DNA from: Candidatus Obscuribacter sp.
GTDB taxonomy: Bacteria > Cyanobacteriota > Vampirovibrionia > Obscuribacterales > Obscuribacteraceae
Assembly (NCBI GenBank): GCA_016712465.1
Contig: JADJQZ010000001.1
Coordinates: forward strand, 5,477,300 to 5,541,299
Length of the DNA: 64,000 nt
Direction: 5' to 3'
The notes under the pieces were generated by a model that made no database searches, was not told where the DNA came from, and was given only the letters and a program-made list of their open reading frames with translations. Positions within the stretch are counted from its first letter, which is position 1; every line of letters starts with the position of its first letter. Of this stretch, positions 30,987 through 40,500 are shown one piece after another. A program made the translations under genes and the position numbers.

Positions 30987-32192
30987 ATGGAGGTGCTCGC
31001 TATGGGCAAAAACATTCGATTCGCCAGTTTGCTCATCGGCTGGCTGCTAATCTCTCTGCCAGCTTATGCCAAACAAACAGAATATGTACTTGCCCCGGTG
31101 TACTTCGTCACCGATAGGGTACCGGTAAAGCAGAACGGGAAAATACAATTCCGCGACTACGGGCAGAAAATTGACTCCTTCTCTGCTGGTATCAAATATG
31201 TACCAGTGCCAATGAGAGATGACATTCAGAAAACCTGGTCAGAACTCGAAGCGAAGGGCTGGATAGACAAGGCTCACTTTCCCTCTGTGACAGAGAAAAA
31301 GAAAAAGTCAGATTCCAAGTCTGAAGCAATCGAAGCCGCGGAGAAGCTATCTAACTATGAACTGTCCGACGAAGAAATAACCAGTACCCTCAAGAAGCTA
31401 CCCGACAATACCGAAATCGTGCTTTATGTGCACGGCTTTTTCAATAGCTTCAATGACGGAACCGAAAGCGCAGCGGAGCTAACATCGTTCTTCAAGACCC
31501 CCGTAGTCGTATATTGCTGGACGACGCCTAAAGATGAGGTGAGGCCAAATCCAGTGCCTACACCACTGATAAAACTTCCTAATTTAACTCCTAAGATCTG
31601 GCAATCCTACCGAGAATCCGAGGTCACTCATCAACACGGGCAGGAGCGCTTTACAGCTCTGCTTGTTTCCTTAGATATGAATTTCCCCGGCAGACTCATA
31701 CCGGTCGCCCACAGTATGGGATCACGCCTCCTAGATCAAGCCTTGCTCTGCAGATACGGATACTTTGAGCTTGCACCGAAGGAAAAGAGACTGAAGGAAG
31801 TTATCTTCTCAAATCCGGATCTGGATGGGCGCTATTTTGCAACTCACGCCGAAAGGCTCTGTGATCAGGCAGAGAAAGTGCGTGTATTTTTCGTCGCCCA
31901 GGATGGAGCCATGAAAGTCTCCAAGTTTTTGCACGGCAATCACGACCGACTCGGTGCACCAAATCCCAGTATCTCAGCTCTAATAAAACGTTCCGACGTA
32001 AGCATGATTGATATGTCCAAACTCGGACAGGGGAACTTGGGCACCCTTGGCCACACGATGCCCTCCTGGGTACTATCAAATATGCACAAATATGGCACCA
32101 TTGACAAGGAAGGGCGCAGCTATGTTGAGCGAAGGCCAAATAACGATGATAAGCTCATTATCCTGGAGCCTGTCAAAGGAAACACCAAATGA
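30987..32192 (+). CDS. Secreted alpha/beta hydrolase, DUF900-like
   Basis: Signal peptide LLIGWLLISLPAYA. VLYVHGFFNSFNDG and nucleophile elbow VAHSMGSRLL. Confidence 0.65.
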   Translation: MEVLAMGKNIRFASLLIGWLLISLPAYAKQTEYVLAPVYFVTDRVPVKQNGKIQFRDYGQKIDSFSAGIKYVPVPMRDDIQKTWSELEAKGWIDKAHFPSVTEKKKKSDSKSEAIEAAEKLSNYELSDEEITSTLKKLPDNTEIVLYVHGFFNSFNDGTESAAELTSFFKTPVVVYCWTTPKDEVRPNPVPTPLIKLPNLTPKIWQSYRESEVTHQHGQERFTALLVSLDMNFPGRLIPVAHSMGSRLLDQALLCRYGYFELAPKEKRLKEVIFSNPDLDGRYFATHAERLCDQAEKVRVFFVAQDGAMKVSKFLHGNHDRLGAPNPSISALIKRSDVSMIDMSKLGQGNLGTLGHTMPSWVLSNMHKYGTIDKEGRSYVERRPNNDDKLIILEPVKGNTK

Positions 32193-33352
32193 AAGTCAAT
32201 TGGCGCTTTTACCCAGTTCTCGGCTTGACGGCTGCACTGCTTATGCAATCGCCTCTCAGTGCCAGGGCATCTGAACCGCAGCATGTTGGGCCTCCGGTTC
32301 TGGATGTGCCGGTGTTTTACGCAACAGATCGCGAGAAGCTTACTTCCAATAAGGAAGAAGCAGGAGCAAAGCTTGCGCCCTTTACCATGGGCTGCGCCCG
32401 GGTCTTCCTGCCATACGAAAAGAGATGGCAAAATGGCGATAATCTAAGCGAACAGTACCAGAAACTTGGCTGGCAAGTTGACTCAGCGCGTGACACTATC
32501 AAACCATTTATTGAGGTGAGAGGCTATGTGGCTGAGCCCGCACCTCAAAGCGTACTTTCCGTCGAAGGAGAATGCAGCGACTTCTGGAGCAGACTGAAAG
32601 CGCAAGCAGAGGCAAGCTCCGATCATCGCGTCTATATCTACATACATGGCTTTGCCTCAAGCGGGAACAATGCCGTCTATAGCGCCGGAATTCTTGCGGC
32701 TGAACTGGAAGCCCCTGTGATTGCCTTTACTTGGCCATCGAAGGGCACTGCCGGTCTTAAACCACTTCGTCTGGTTGGGCGCAAGCGCATGCGGGCGCTG
32801 TATCTCGCAGATCGCGAGATGATTGACCAACCACAGGTTCTTTCCGACCTGAGTGCATTCATTAGCAAGCTAAAAACCGAGCTGGGACCGAACGTAAAGC
32901 TAAATCTCATAGCTCACAGCCTCGGCAACCGCCTGCTGGCAAAATACCTTGCCAGCGATTCTACTGACGAGTTTGCCGGGGTCTACTTCCTGGCTGCCGA
33001 TGTTGATCAGCAGTTGTTCATGGAAGCCCTTAAGAAACTTCAATCAAAGTCTAAGTACACTGCGATTTATACCAATAAGAACGACCGCGTTCTCAAGGTA
33101 TCTGCTGGAAACGATCTGCTAGGCTTCAAGATTTCACATAAGCTGGGAGACGCAAACTTCTCCGTGCCAGGGGTCGAATTCATCGACTACGGCCAAATTG
33201 CAGAACCCCGGTCAATAGACTACCTGAGGTTGATGCACTATGTACCCTTCGAACATTTTGGCAGCATTGTCAGAACCGGCCAACCTTTCGATGACGGCAG
33301 TGGACGTTACATTGTAAGGCGAACGACCATCGAGAGGAGCCGCCGGAAGTGA
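32189..33352 (+). CDS. Secreted alpha/beta hydrolase, DUF900-like (paralogue of the upstream gene)
   Basis: Signal peptide. VYIYIHGFASSGNN and LIAHSLGNRLL. The start overlaps the upstream stop (ATGA). Confidence 0.65.
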   Translation: MKVNWRFYPVLGLTAALLMQSPLSARASEPQHVGPPVLDVPVFYATDREKLTSNKEEAGAKLAPFTMGCARVFLPYEKRWQNGDNLSEQYQKLGWQVDSARDTIKPFIEVRGYVAEPAPQSVLSVEGECSDFWSRLKAQAEASSDHRVYIYIHGFASSGNNAVYSAGILAAELEAPVIAFTWPSKGTAGLKPLRLVGRKRMRALYLADREMIDQPQVLSDLSAFISKLKTELGPNVKLNLIAHSLGNRLLAKYLASDSTDEFAGVYFLAADVDQQLFMEALKKLQSKSKYTAIYTNKNDRVLKVSAGNDLLGFKISHKLGDANFSVPGVEFIDYGQIAEPRSIDYLRLMHYVPFEHFGSIVRTGQPFDDGSGRYIVRRTTIERSRRK

Positions 33353-33552
33353 CTAACCAAACCGGAGTACCTGCAATGCCAATCCCGGCTCCCGGCATAA
33401 CCGAACGTGCCGACTACTACGCTCTTGAAAGGGCTGCTCGCCATGGCAATATGCTACCGGAAATTGCGGCAGCCAACCTAGACCAAGCACTAGGGATTCG
33501 AGAACACGAGCTTCACAAGTATGTAAACGCAGATATCACTGCGCAGTATTAG
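33349..33552 (+). CDS. Small hypothetical protein (67 aa), translationally coupled to the DUF900 pair
   Basis: GTGA start/stop overlap with the preceding gene. No homology recognised. Confidence 0.35.
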   Translation: MTNQTGVPAMPIPAPGITERADYYALERAARHGNMLPEIAAANLDQALGIREHELHKYVNADITAQY

Positions 33553-34085
33553 AAGTAGAAAGTACCAATCTGAACCAGAACCAGAAAATAGGGCGAGTTT
33601 ATTCAATCTGAAATTCTGGCAGAAACCACACACTAAATATCGCTTCAAGACATCGCAAAAATTTAATGCCTACCCAAGCTGTGGCTTCCAAGAGAACATA
33701 CAATCAAAGACTTGGCACCAAAAAAGGACAGCAGCAAATTCATCCAAACGGATTGCTGCACAAGCAAGTTCGGCTCCGACGGTTGCCACCACCTGCAATA
33801 TCATCTGCCGGAAAAACGACCGTCCAAACCACCGACATTATAGGCAGTTGTCATTTAACACGCAGCGGGTAACTTACAACCCCGGGTCAACAAGGCAGGC
33901 GACTATTCACTCGGTAATTGTCGAGGAATTTACACACCTTTAGGCGACTCAGCCAAAACAGGGCAAACGCCAGATTAATTTCAGGCCCAGAATGTTTACC
34001 GTAAATACGTGGCAGTTTTTGAGCTGTTATTCTTGCCCTCTGGTATCCAGAGTTTACTTCCCAATATCGGAAAGGCGGCAGCATT

Positions 34086-35033
34086 TTGAGAATAGCCTGC
34101 TTCAACGTTGAAAACATGTTTTCACGATATCGATTCCTAGATGAACCATGGAGTGAGAAAAAGTACGAGCAATACATCAGCCCGTCAGGGCTTGCAACAA
34201 TAGCAAGTAGGCAAGGCGATATCTTGCCCGAAGCAACTACTCATGAGCAGCGCAAAAGTACAGCATCTGCGATTCTCGAATGCCAGCCCGACGTTCTTTC
34301 GGTATGTGAAGTAGAAAACCTCCAAACTTTGAGGATCTTCAATGCACAGTACCTAAGACACTACTTCGATAGAATCATTTCTATCGACGGTAACGATCCC
34401 AGAGGCATTGATGTAGGGTTGCTTGTGAAGAGAGGCTTTTCTGGAACAGTTGAAAACATTAGAACACACGTTGATTTGGCAGCTGAACCAAACGAATTTG
34501 TCAATCGAGGAGCGGCGTTCTATGCAAGAGGGAATCTATTCTCCAGGGATTGCCTAAATGTACTACTGAAGAATGCAGGCAGAGAATACAGCATCTTTGT
34601 AAACCACTTCAAAGCTCAAGACGGAAAATCCTCCTCAACTGACAAACGGCTGCGGCAGGCAAGAGAAGTTAGCGACCTTGTAAACAATGAACCAATCAAT
34701 CGAAAAGTAATTGTGCTAGGCGACTTAAATATTGACACAAGGCAAAGAGACTACGACAACTCCCTAGATCCGTTGGTCAACAATTCTAGACTCGCTGAGC
34801 CATGGGAGGCAGAGGCACCGGCCCAAAGATGGACACACTACTACGAGAGCGAAGACTCTGTTAGCAAGCTGGACTACATATTTGTGGAACAGAGCTTGAA
34901 CATAGTAGACAAAGGAATCGTAAGAGCTGGGCTGGCCGAAGATTGCCACTACACAAGCGACCCGCGTTTCCCCACTGTTCAAGGCTATGGGACGGAAGCA
35001 AGCGATCATTGTCCAGTCTGGATTGAAGTTTAG
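34086..35033 (+). CDS. Endonuclease/exonuclease/phosphatase (EEP) family protein
   Basis: MRIACFNVENMF at the N-terminus and ASDHCPVWIEV at the C-terminus are the first and last EEP motifs. A TTG start is needed to include the FNVEN motif. Confidence 0.8.
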   Translation: MRIACFNVENMFSRYRFLDEPWSEKKYEQYISPSGLATIASRQGDILPEATTHEQRKSTASAILECQPDVLSVCEVENLQTLRIFNAQYLRHYFDRIISIDGNDPRGIDVGLLVKRGFSGTVENIRTHVDLAAEPNEFVNRGAAFYARGNLFSRDCLNVLLKNAGREYSIFVNHFKAQDGKSSSTDKRLRQAREVSDLVNNEPINRKVIVLGDLNIDTRQRDYDNSLDPLVNNSRLAEPWEAEAPAQRWTHYYESEDSVSKLDYIFVEQSLNIVDKGIVRAGLAEDCHYTSDPRFPTVQGYGTEASDHCPVWIEV

Positions 35034-35046
35034 GGAGGCGGCCACT

Positions 35047-35928
35047 TTGCAGCACGTAATTTTCCTAATACACGGTATCGGCGATGGCACACCCGGTGAC
35101 GACTTTGACACATTTGAACAATTGCTAATGGAAGCATACTGCCGACAAAACAAAGCAAATGAGACAGAATGGAGAAAACAATTCAAAGTTCAAGGAATAG
35201 TTTGGGATCCTGCAACAACAGATCCCGAGACGACTATATATAGCCGCTCATTTGGCTCTCTAAGACCAAGCGATAGAAGCCTGGTATCAGAATCGAATCC
35301 CTTTCTGGCAGCACTTAGCCTGCCAAATACACGCGCCTGGCGCTATTTTATGACCTTCTTCGTCGGCGACGCAATCGCTTATGTTGATGAATTCGACAAC
35401 GGCATCCGCCGAAGAGTCTGGGAACAAATGGCTGCGATTCTAAAACCAGAGAGTGCAGGACAAATACCCAAGTTCTCCGTAATAGGACATTCCCTGGGCT
35501 CAGTTATTGCCTATGATTTTGTACATGCACTAAACTCTGCACCAGGCAAGATCTTCGATCTTTCACCGGATCCAGCTAAGAACGTTAAACTATCAGCGGC
35601 TCAGATAGCATTACTTCAGACTGGCTTTTGCAATCTCATAACACTAGGGTCACCAATTGCATTGTTCTGGATGAGACGAAGAGACCTCTGGCAAAACGAC
35701 TTCGCAGGTCTCAACAATCCGGTGCAAGGTGCTCAGCGCTGGCTTAACTTCTGGGACAACGAAGACATCATTGCCTATCCGCTGCGAAACTTTTTCTCTA
35801 CCGGAAACGTTGAAGACATTCGAATTGAAGACATTCGCTTTGATACATCAATAATGATGCCATGGGCTCACACCGGCTATTGGAAAAACAAGGCGCTCGC
35901 CGAGCGTGTGGCGGAGGTTCTAGAATAA
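35047..35928 (+). CDS. Alpha/beta hydrolase, lipase/esterase-like (GxSxG)
   Basis: VIFLIHGIGDG and nucleophile elbow VIGHSLGSVIAYDF. The TTG at 35047 has GGAGG 8 nt upstream. The track ORF start at 34987 overlaps the EEP gene. Confidence 0.65.
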   Translation: MQHVIFLIHGIGDGTPGDDFDTFEQLLMEAYCRQNKANETEWRKQFKVQGIVWDPATTDPETTIYSRSFGSLRPSDRSLVSESNPFLAALSLPNTRAWRYFMTFFVGDAIAYVDEFDNGIRRRVWEQMAAILKPESAGQIPKFSVIGHSLGSVIAYDFVHALNSAPGKIFDLSPDPAKNVKLSAAQIALLQTGFCNLITLGSPIALFWMRRRDLWQNDFAGLNNPVQGAQRWLNFWDNEDIIAYPLRNFFSTGNVEDIRIEDIRFDTSIMMPWAHTGYWKNKALAERVAEVLE

Positions 35929-35930
35929 CC

Positions 35931-36686
35931 ATGGAAAAACTGGTGCTAACCACATTAATAATCGGTCTTGCCGTTCTTGGCATTCTGTGGTTCAAAATCA
36001 CAGATCAAACCATCGGAATGTTAACTCTCCTTTGTGTGGCAGTACTCTGCGCTGTCGTATGGCGTGGTGGCAGCTTCGAAATGCCTGGCGGAATAAAGGG
36101 ACAGTTACCGGAACCTCTCGCAGAAGATGTTGGAATAAAGCTTAAGCGGCTAAAGGAGAGTCCTGGATCAAAACTTCCGCCGGAAAAGAAACAAGTAATA
36201 AAGGGCATACTAAAGGACAGCATTAAACGGGGACAACTAAATGAATTCTTGGCTTCAAACAATATGTGTCCATCATTGACCAAGCTGAATTCCGATAGAT
36301 ATCGCGAAATAGGTCAAATAGACGAACTCTTGGCTCTTAGAGCGCTTTCCCTCGGTCTCGAAATAATGTTGAGAAACTATTGTACATGGGCAGATATTCA
36401 TTGGCCAGTGAGATCTCCAACTGTGAAGGAGCGCATCTTAGAACTGAAGAAACGTTTGATTCTTGACGACGATGCAGAACACAATTACTCGGAAATCTTT
36501 AGCATCATTCATAAAATCTGTGACTCAGGCGAGGCAATTACAAAAGGCGAAGCACTTTCGACTTGTCTTGAAAAGTCAGACGAGCTGATAAATGACTATG
36601 TAGATTGGCTACTGAAAGTATTCCATCCAACCAGTGTACAAAAGGAAATTGAAGACATGCGTAAACTGCTTGAGGACTGTCAGTAG
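35931..36686 (+). CDS. Membrane-anchored helical hypothetical protein
   Basis: The ATG at 35931 follows the upstream stop by 2 nt. Two N-terminal TM helices (LVLTTLIIGLAVLGILWF and MLTLLCVAVLCAVVW). Confidence 0.5.
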   Translation: MEKLVLTTLIIGLAVLGILWFKITDQTIGMLTLLCVAVLCAVVWRGGSFEMPGGIKGQLPEPLAEDVGIKLKRLKESPGSKLPPEKKQVIKGILKDSIKRGQLNEFLASNNMCPSLTKLNSDRYREIGQIDELLALRALSLGLEIMLRNYCTWADIHWPVRSPTVKERILELKKRLILDDDAEHNYSEIFSIIHKICDSGEAITKGEALSTCLEKSDELINDYVDWLLKVFHPTSVQKEIEDMRKLLEDCQ

Positions 36687-36903
36687 CACCAACGCAAAAT
36701 CAAAAATGTTCAAGCGGTCTAAAGCTGTTAACTGTTAGACTGCGACCAGACACCCCTTTCTCGGAAGCAAATCGAACCCAACTTTTTGTCGCATGTCAAT
36801 TTAGGAGTTTCAATAAGGCAATAATGGTTATGGTAAGTTTGCTGTGTCACCAACCAACTAAAGCAGTTCAAAAAAATAGCTGAGGATAGAGTGTGACACA
36901 CCC

Positions 36904-37452
36904 ATGGGACTAGACTCAGTCGAACTACTCTTGGCCATCGAGGAAGAATTCGGCGTCGAGATTCCCGACCATGATGCCGAGCGAATCACCACCGTAGGGG
37001 AGGCTTACGACTGGCTCAGAGCCACCCTGCACAGGACGCCCCCGGCCAAGTGCATCACGCAGAAAATGTTCTACAAGGTGAGACGGGCCCTGATCGAAAA
37101 CTATGGGCTATCCAAACAGTCAATCACGCTTGATGCGAAGATCAAAGATCTGGTGCCCGCGCAGGAACTAAAAGTGGCCTGGCCCTACCTCGACCTCTTT
37201 GCCGAACTGGATTTCCCCAAACTCGACAAAAACTGGTGGCCCATGGGGAGGCGCTTTAGCACAGATGAACTGACCTTGCGCGAACTGCTCACAGCCATGG
37301 CCACACTCAATGCAGAAAAGCTGCTTGTGGAACCCGGTTCAGATGAGGATATCTGGATAAGGTTGACAAAAGTTATTCAAGAGCAGCTCAATGTCAGTCT
37401 GCGAGAAATTCAGCCGGATGCCTCGTTCACTAAAGATTTGGGCATGGATTGA
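36904..37452 (+). CDS. Acyl-carrier-protein-like protein with a permuted or fragmentary domain order
   Basis: N-terminus [37 protein letters not shown] equals ACP helices II-IV including the Ser attachment motif. C-terminus [25 protein letters not shown] equals ACP helix I up to the DLG.D motif. Confidence 0.55.
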   Translation: MGLDSVELLLAIEEEFGVEIPDHDAERITTVGEAYDWLRATLHRTPPAKCITQKMFYKVRRALIENYGLSKQSITLDAKIKDLVPAQELKVAWPYLDLFAELDFPKLDKNWWPMGRRFSTDELTLRELLTAMATLNAEKLLVEPGSDEDIWIRLTKVIQEQLNVSLREIQPDASFTKDLGMD

Positions 37453-37575
37453 CCATGAGCCACTAAGTTTATCCTGGCTAACTGATCTTTCAGGTCTATC
37501 CGATCTGTCCGGTCTATCTAAGCCGTCAGCTCTGCCCAGAGTGTTCGGTTTGTTCGGTCTCTTCTACCTGTACTG

Positions 37576-40500
37576 CTAATCCTTACCAAAGAGTCGCTCG
37601 AATACCTGTTTTCTAGCACTGGTCATCTGCTCGCCTAGATCGGTCAGGGGGCGACGTTTGCCTTTTCGCAGCATTCGATCACGCCCCTGATACAAACGAA
37701 GCGCCGCCGCCGTTCCCTGAACTGCCGACTCAAGCTTGGCGAGGCGCTTCTCCTGATCTTCCTCATTACGCGGACGAGGAGACTTGCCTCCCACAGGTAG
37801 AGCAGGCTCTTTACCGGCTGGTCTAGATGCCAGACTCCTGGCGCTACGCTCATCACGATTCTCGCTCCCACTGGCACGGTACCTTTCGGCGCTGGAACCG
37901 ACACCGGAAGAATAAACTGTCGAAAAGCGCGGGGACTTCTCACTCAGCAATCCACCGAGATGATGAGCCTTCAGCACCCGCTCGCTGATACCGGTATCGG
38001 TGCCCAGAAAGCGCAGCATTATTGTCTTGATTATTGAGCTATGCTCAAAGGAAGTGTGAGAAACCAGCCCCCGCCCTATCCAGGGAGAAATGACAATAGC
38101 GGGCACGCGAGCCCCCAGGCTTCTAAAAGCAGGGCTTTCAGGTTCGATGGCAGGCTGTAGCTGGTCTAAATAAGGTGGCCTTACATGATCAAAAAAGCCG
38201 CCGTGCTCATCGTAAACGATGATGAGCATGGTGCTATGCCAGTTAGGGCTCTTGAGCAGAGCATTAAAGACTTCCAGCGCAAAATGCTGGCCATGGCTTA
38301 TATCGGCCGGTGGGTGGTCATCATTGGCGGTATTGACGTCCAGGATCATCTCACCAAAGGCGTCTTTCTCGCGCTCGCGATCTCTTTTGCCACGCTCGCC
38401 TTCCACCCAATGTTCTACTACCGGGTTCTTCTCTCTATTTCCCAGGGTCTCTCGAATATCGCCAAGATCCACAAAGTTAGGATCAATCCAGAACACCTCC
38501 GGCAATTTGCCGTCTTCGGCATCCTTGAAGAACTTTTTGATGGACTTGATGCGATTGGGAACACCGTTCATCAGATTACGAAAACCGGAAGCATAGCTTG
38601 AGTCCACGCAAAGAAGCGAGGGCATATCCTGCGCGTAGAAAGCCCAGTCGACCTTACTGCCATCCGGCTTCTTGGTCTTGTCCATATATCTAAAGAATGA
38701 TTCTTCATCCCAGGGCATGTCATTGTTTGTGATGAAAAGCCCGTGCTCCTGGTGAAACTGCTGCTCTTCCCATTCCTCATACTCTTCCTTACTGCGAAAA
38801 TCGTTGGCAGTTAACTTCTGCCGCTTGCCCGGCTTGCCGCAAAGGGATATGGTGCGGTTTACCCAGGTGTTGCCCGGATAGGAAGAGTACCAGCGATCGC
38901 AAATGCCGAATTCACTGGCGAAGAGATCATAGGCAGGCACGTGGGCGGCCGGATGATAGCCCATTACCTGCTCCAACTGTTCTCTTTGCTTTCTCCAGTC
39001 TTCCTCGGATATTTTGCCCGCAGTTGGCAGGGTCTGCAAATGCAAGCGCTTCCTGAAAACGAGAGCTTGAAAATAGTCTTCGATAAAGCCGACCATGGCA
39101 CAGCGGTCGTTGGGATCGCCGCTTGGTGCACCGAGATCGGTGGAGCAGAGGGGCAATTCGACGTCTAATCTGCTTGGCCAATGAGGATCAATAGCAAACC
39201 CGTCACTGGGTACAGCTTCAGAATCGGGGTTATCGGAACTAATCAAAAGAGAGCGCCCGAACTCGTCTCGACGATTGTGCAACTGCCTCTCGACGTTAAC
39301 TATGTTGTGACCGGGATCGTCTTCAATCTGTGTATCCTGGAGGGGCAAAACAGGGAAAATCTGATCTTGCGTGAAGAATGCCTTCAGTTCGTCATAAACA
39401 GCCGGATCGGCGGTATCAAACTTGCCTCCCTTAATCTGATCGAATTGAAAATCGGTTCTCGCCTTGAGCACATTGAACATGCCTGTGGTTTTGCCGTTCA
39501 AAAGACGAGATTCTTCTCTGTCGTTAGCCAGGAAAGATAGCATTTGATCGAAAGAACGATTCTCAAGCATGATCACACCGATATGATCAATTTTCTGAAG
39601 ATTGGCGAGGGCCTCCTGAGAATTAGGTTCATCCTCAATAGGTGGCGGCGTTTCAGGCTCTTTCTTAGCCAATTCGGCTTTTACCTTCCATTCAAAAGTG
39701 AGTTCATAAATTGCTCTATGTTCGTCAATGTGTTTGCCCTTCTGGACATATTCAAAGCGTACCGGTTCGATTGGAAAACTTGTACCGAAATCAATGGCGG
39801 GCTGTCCGGCACCCTGGGTATCAACAGCACCGTCGGGCAAATCGAGGTGAAAGCTGATAACTTGCGGCGGGAAAAACTCATCGCGCACGGCATCGCCGAT
39901 TATTTCAGCCACCAGCTTGGTGGACAAAGCAATCAACTTCATCCCCAACAGACCCAAGAGGACAGTGCCCAGACCTGCAAAGCCACCAAGCACCGCGCCG
40001 TAAACCAGGCTGTAGACCGCTGGAGAAATTCCCACGCCGATGGCTCTGGTCAATCCCAACCCGTCAAAGCCGCTCTTCGCACCGCCGGAGATACCAAGTA
40101 AGGAAAAGATTGAGGTAGTGTAAGCCACGAAGAGTATGTCGCGCATCTCGTGGCTGGACATGCCGTGCAAATCTTCCAGCTTTCTACGGTTGAAGCCTCC
40201 CCAATCAGTCTCTGCCAGATAGACACTGGCCGTGTAGACCCGGTTGCGCCAGTCACCGTCGGCAACAGGAATGGTAGCAATACACTTGGGCAGTGTTATC
40301 TTCTTCTTTTCCTTCTCTCTTCCAGCTTTAAACTCGCCAATTTTCTGAGGGTCAAAATAAATGTCGCCCGGCGGCAGCGAGTATATGTCTTGCGCCACGA
40401 CACCAAGCGAAATCTCGTCATAACCTGCTTCATGCTTGAAGTCTGCAATGCACTCCACATTAGTGAGCAACAACTCAAGCTCTACAGGGCGAAATTCAAC

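Noticed and set aside
33553-34085. ORFs 33666-33872 and 33887-34177 in the 530-bp gap before the EEP gene, or a structured RNA there
   Set aside because: The translations are Arg/Lys/Gln-rich with no motif. Only one modest 7-bp hairpin (GCAGCAA/TTGCTGC) was seen, without a U-tract. There is no support for a feature.
36844-36900. 8-bp inverted repeat TGTGTCAC ... GTGACACA upstream of the ACP-like gene as an operator
   Set aside because: It is a single short palindrome pair separated by ~41 nt. That is too little information to call a regulatory site.
37391-37579. 62-aa ORF with LSGLSDLSGLS repeats after the ACP-like gene
   Set aside because: It overlaps the ACP-like ORF in another frame. The repeat derives from short GGTCTATC-like DNA repeats in the spacer before the convergent PLC gene. 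No coding evidence.
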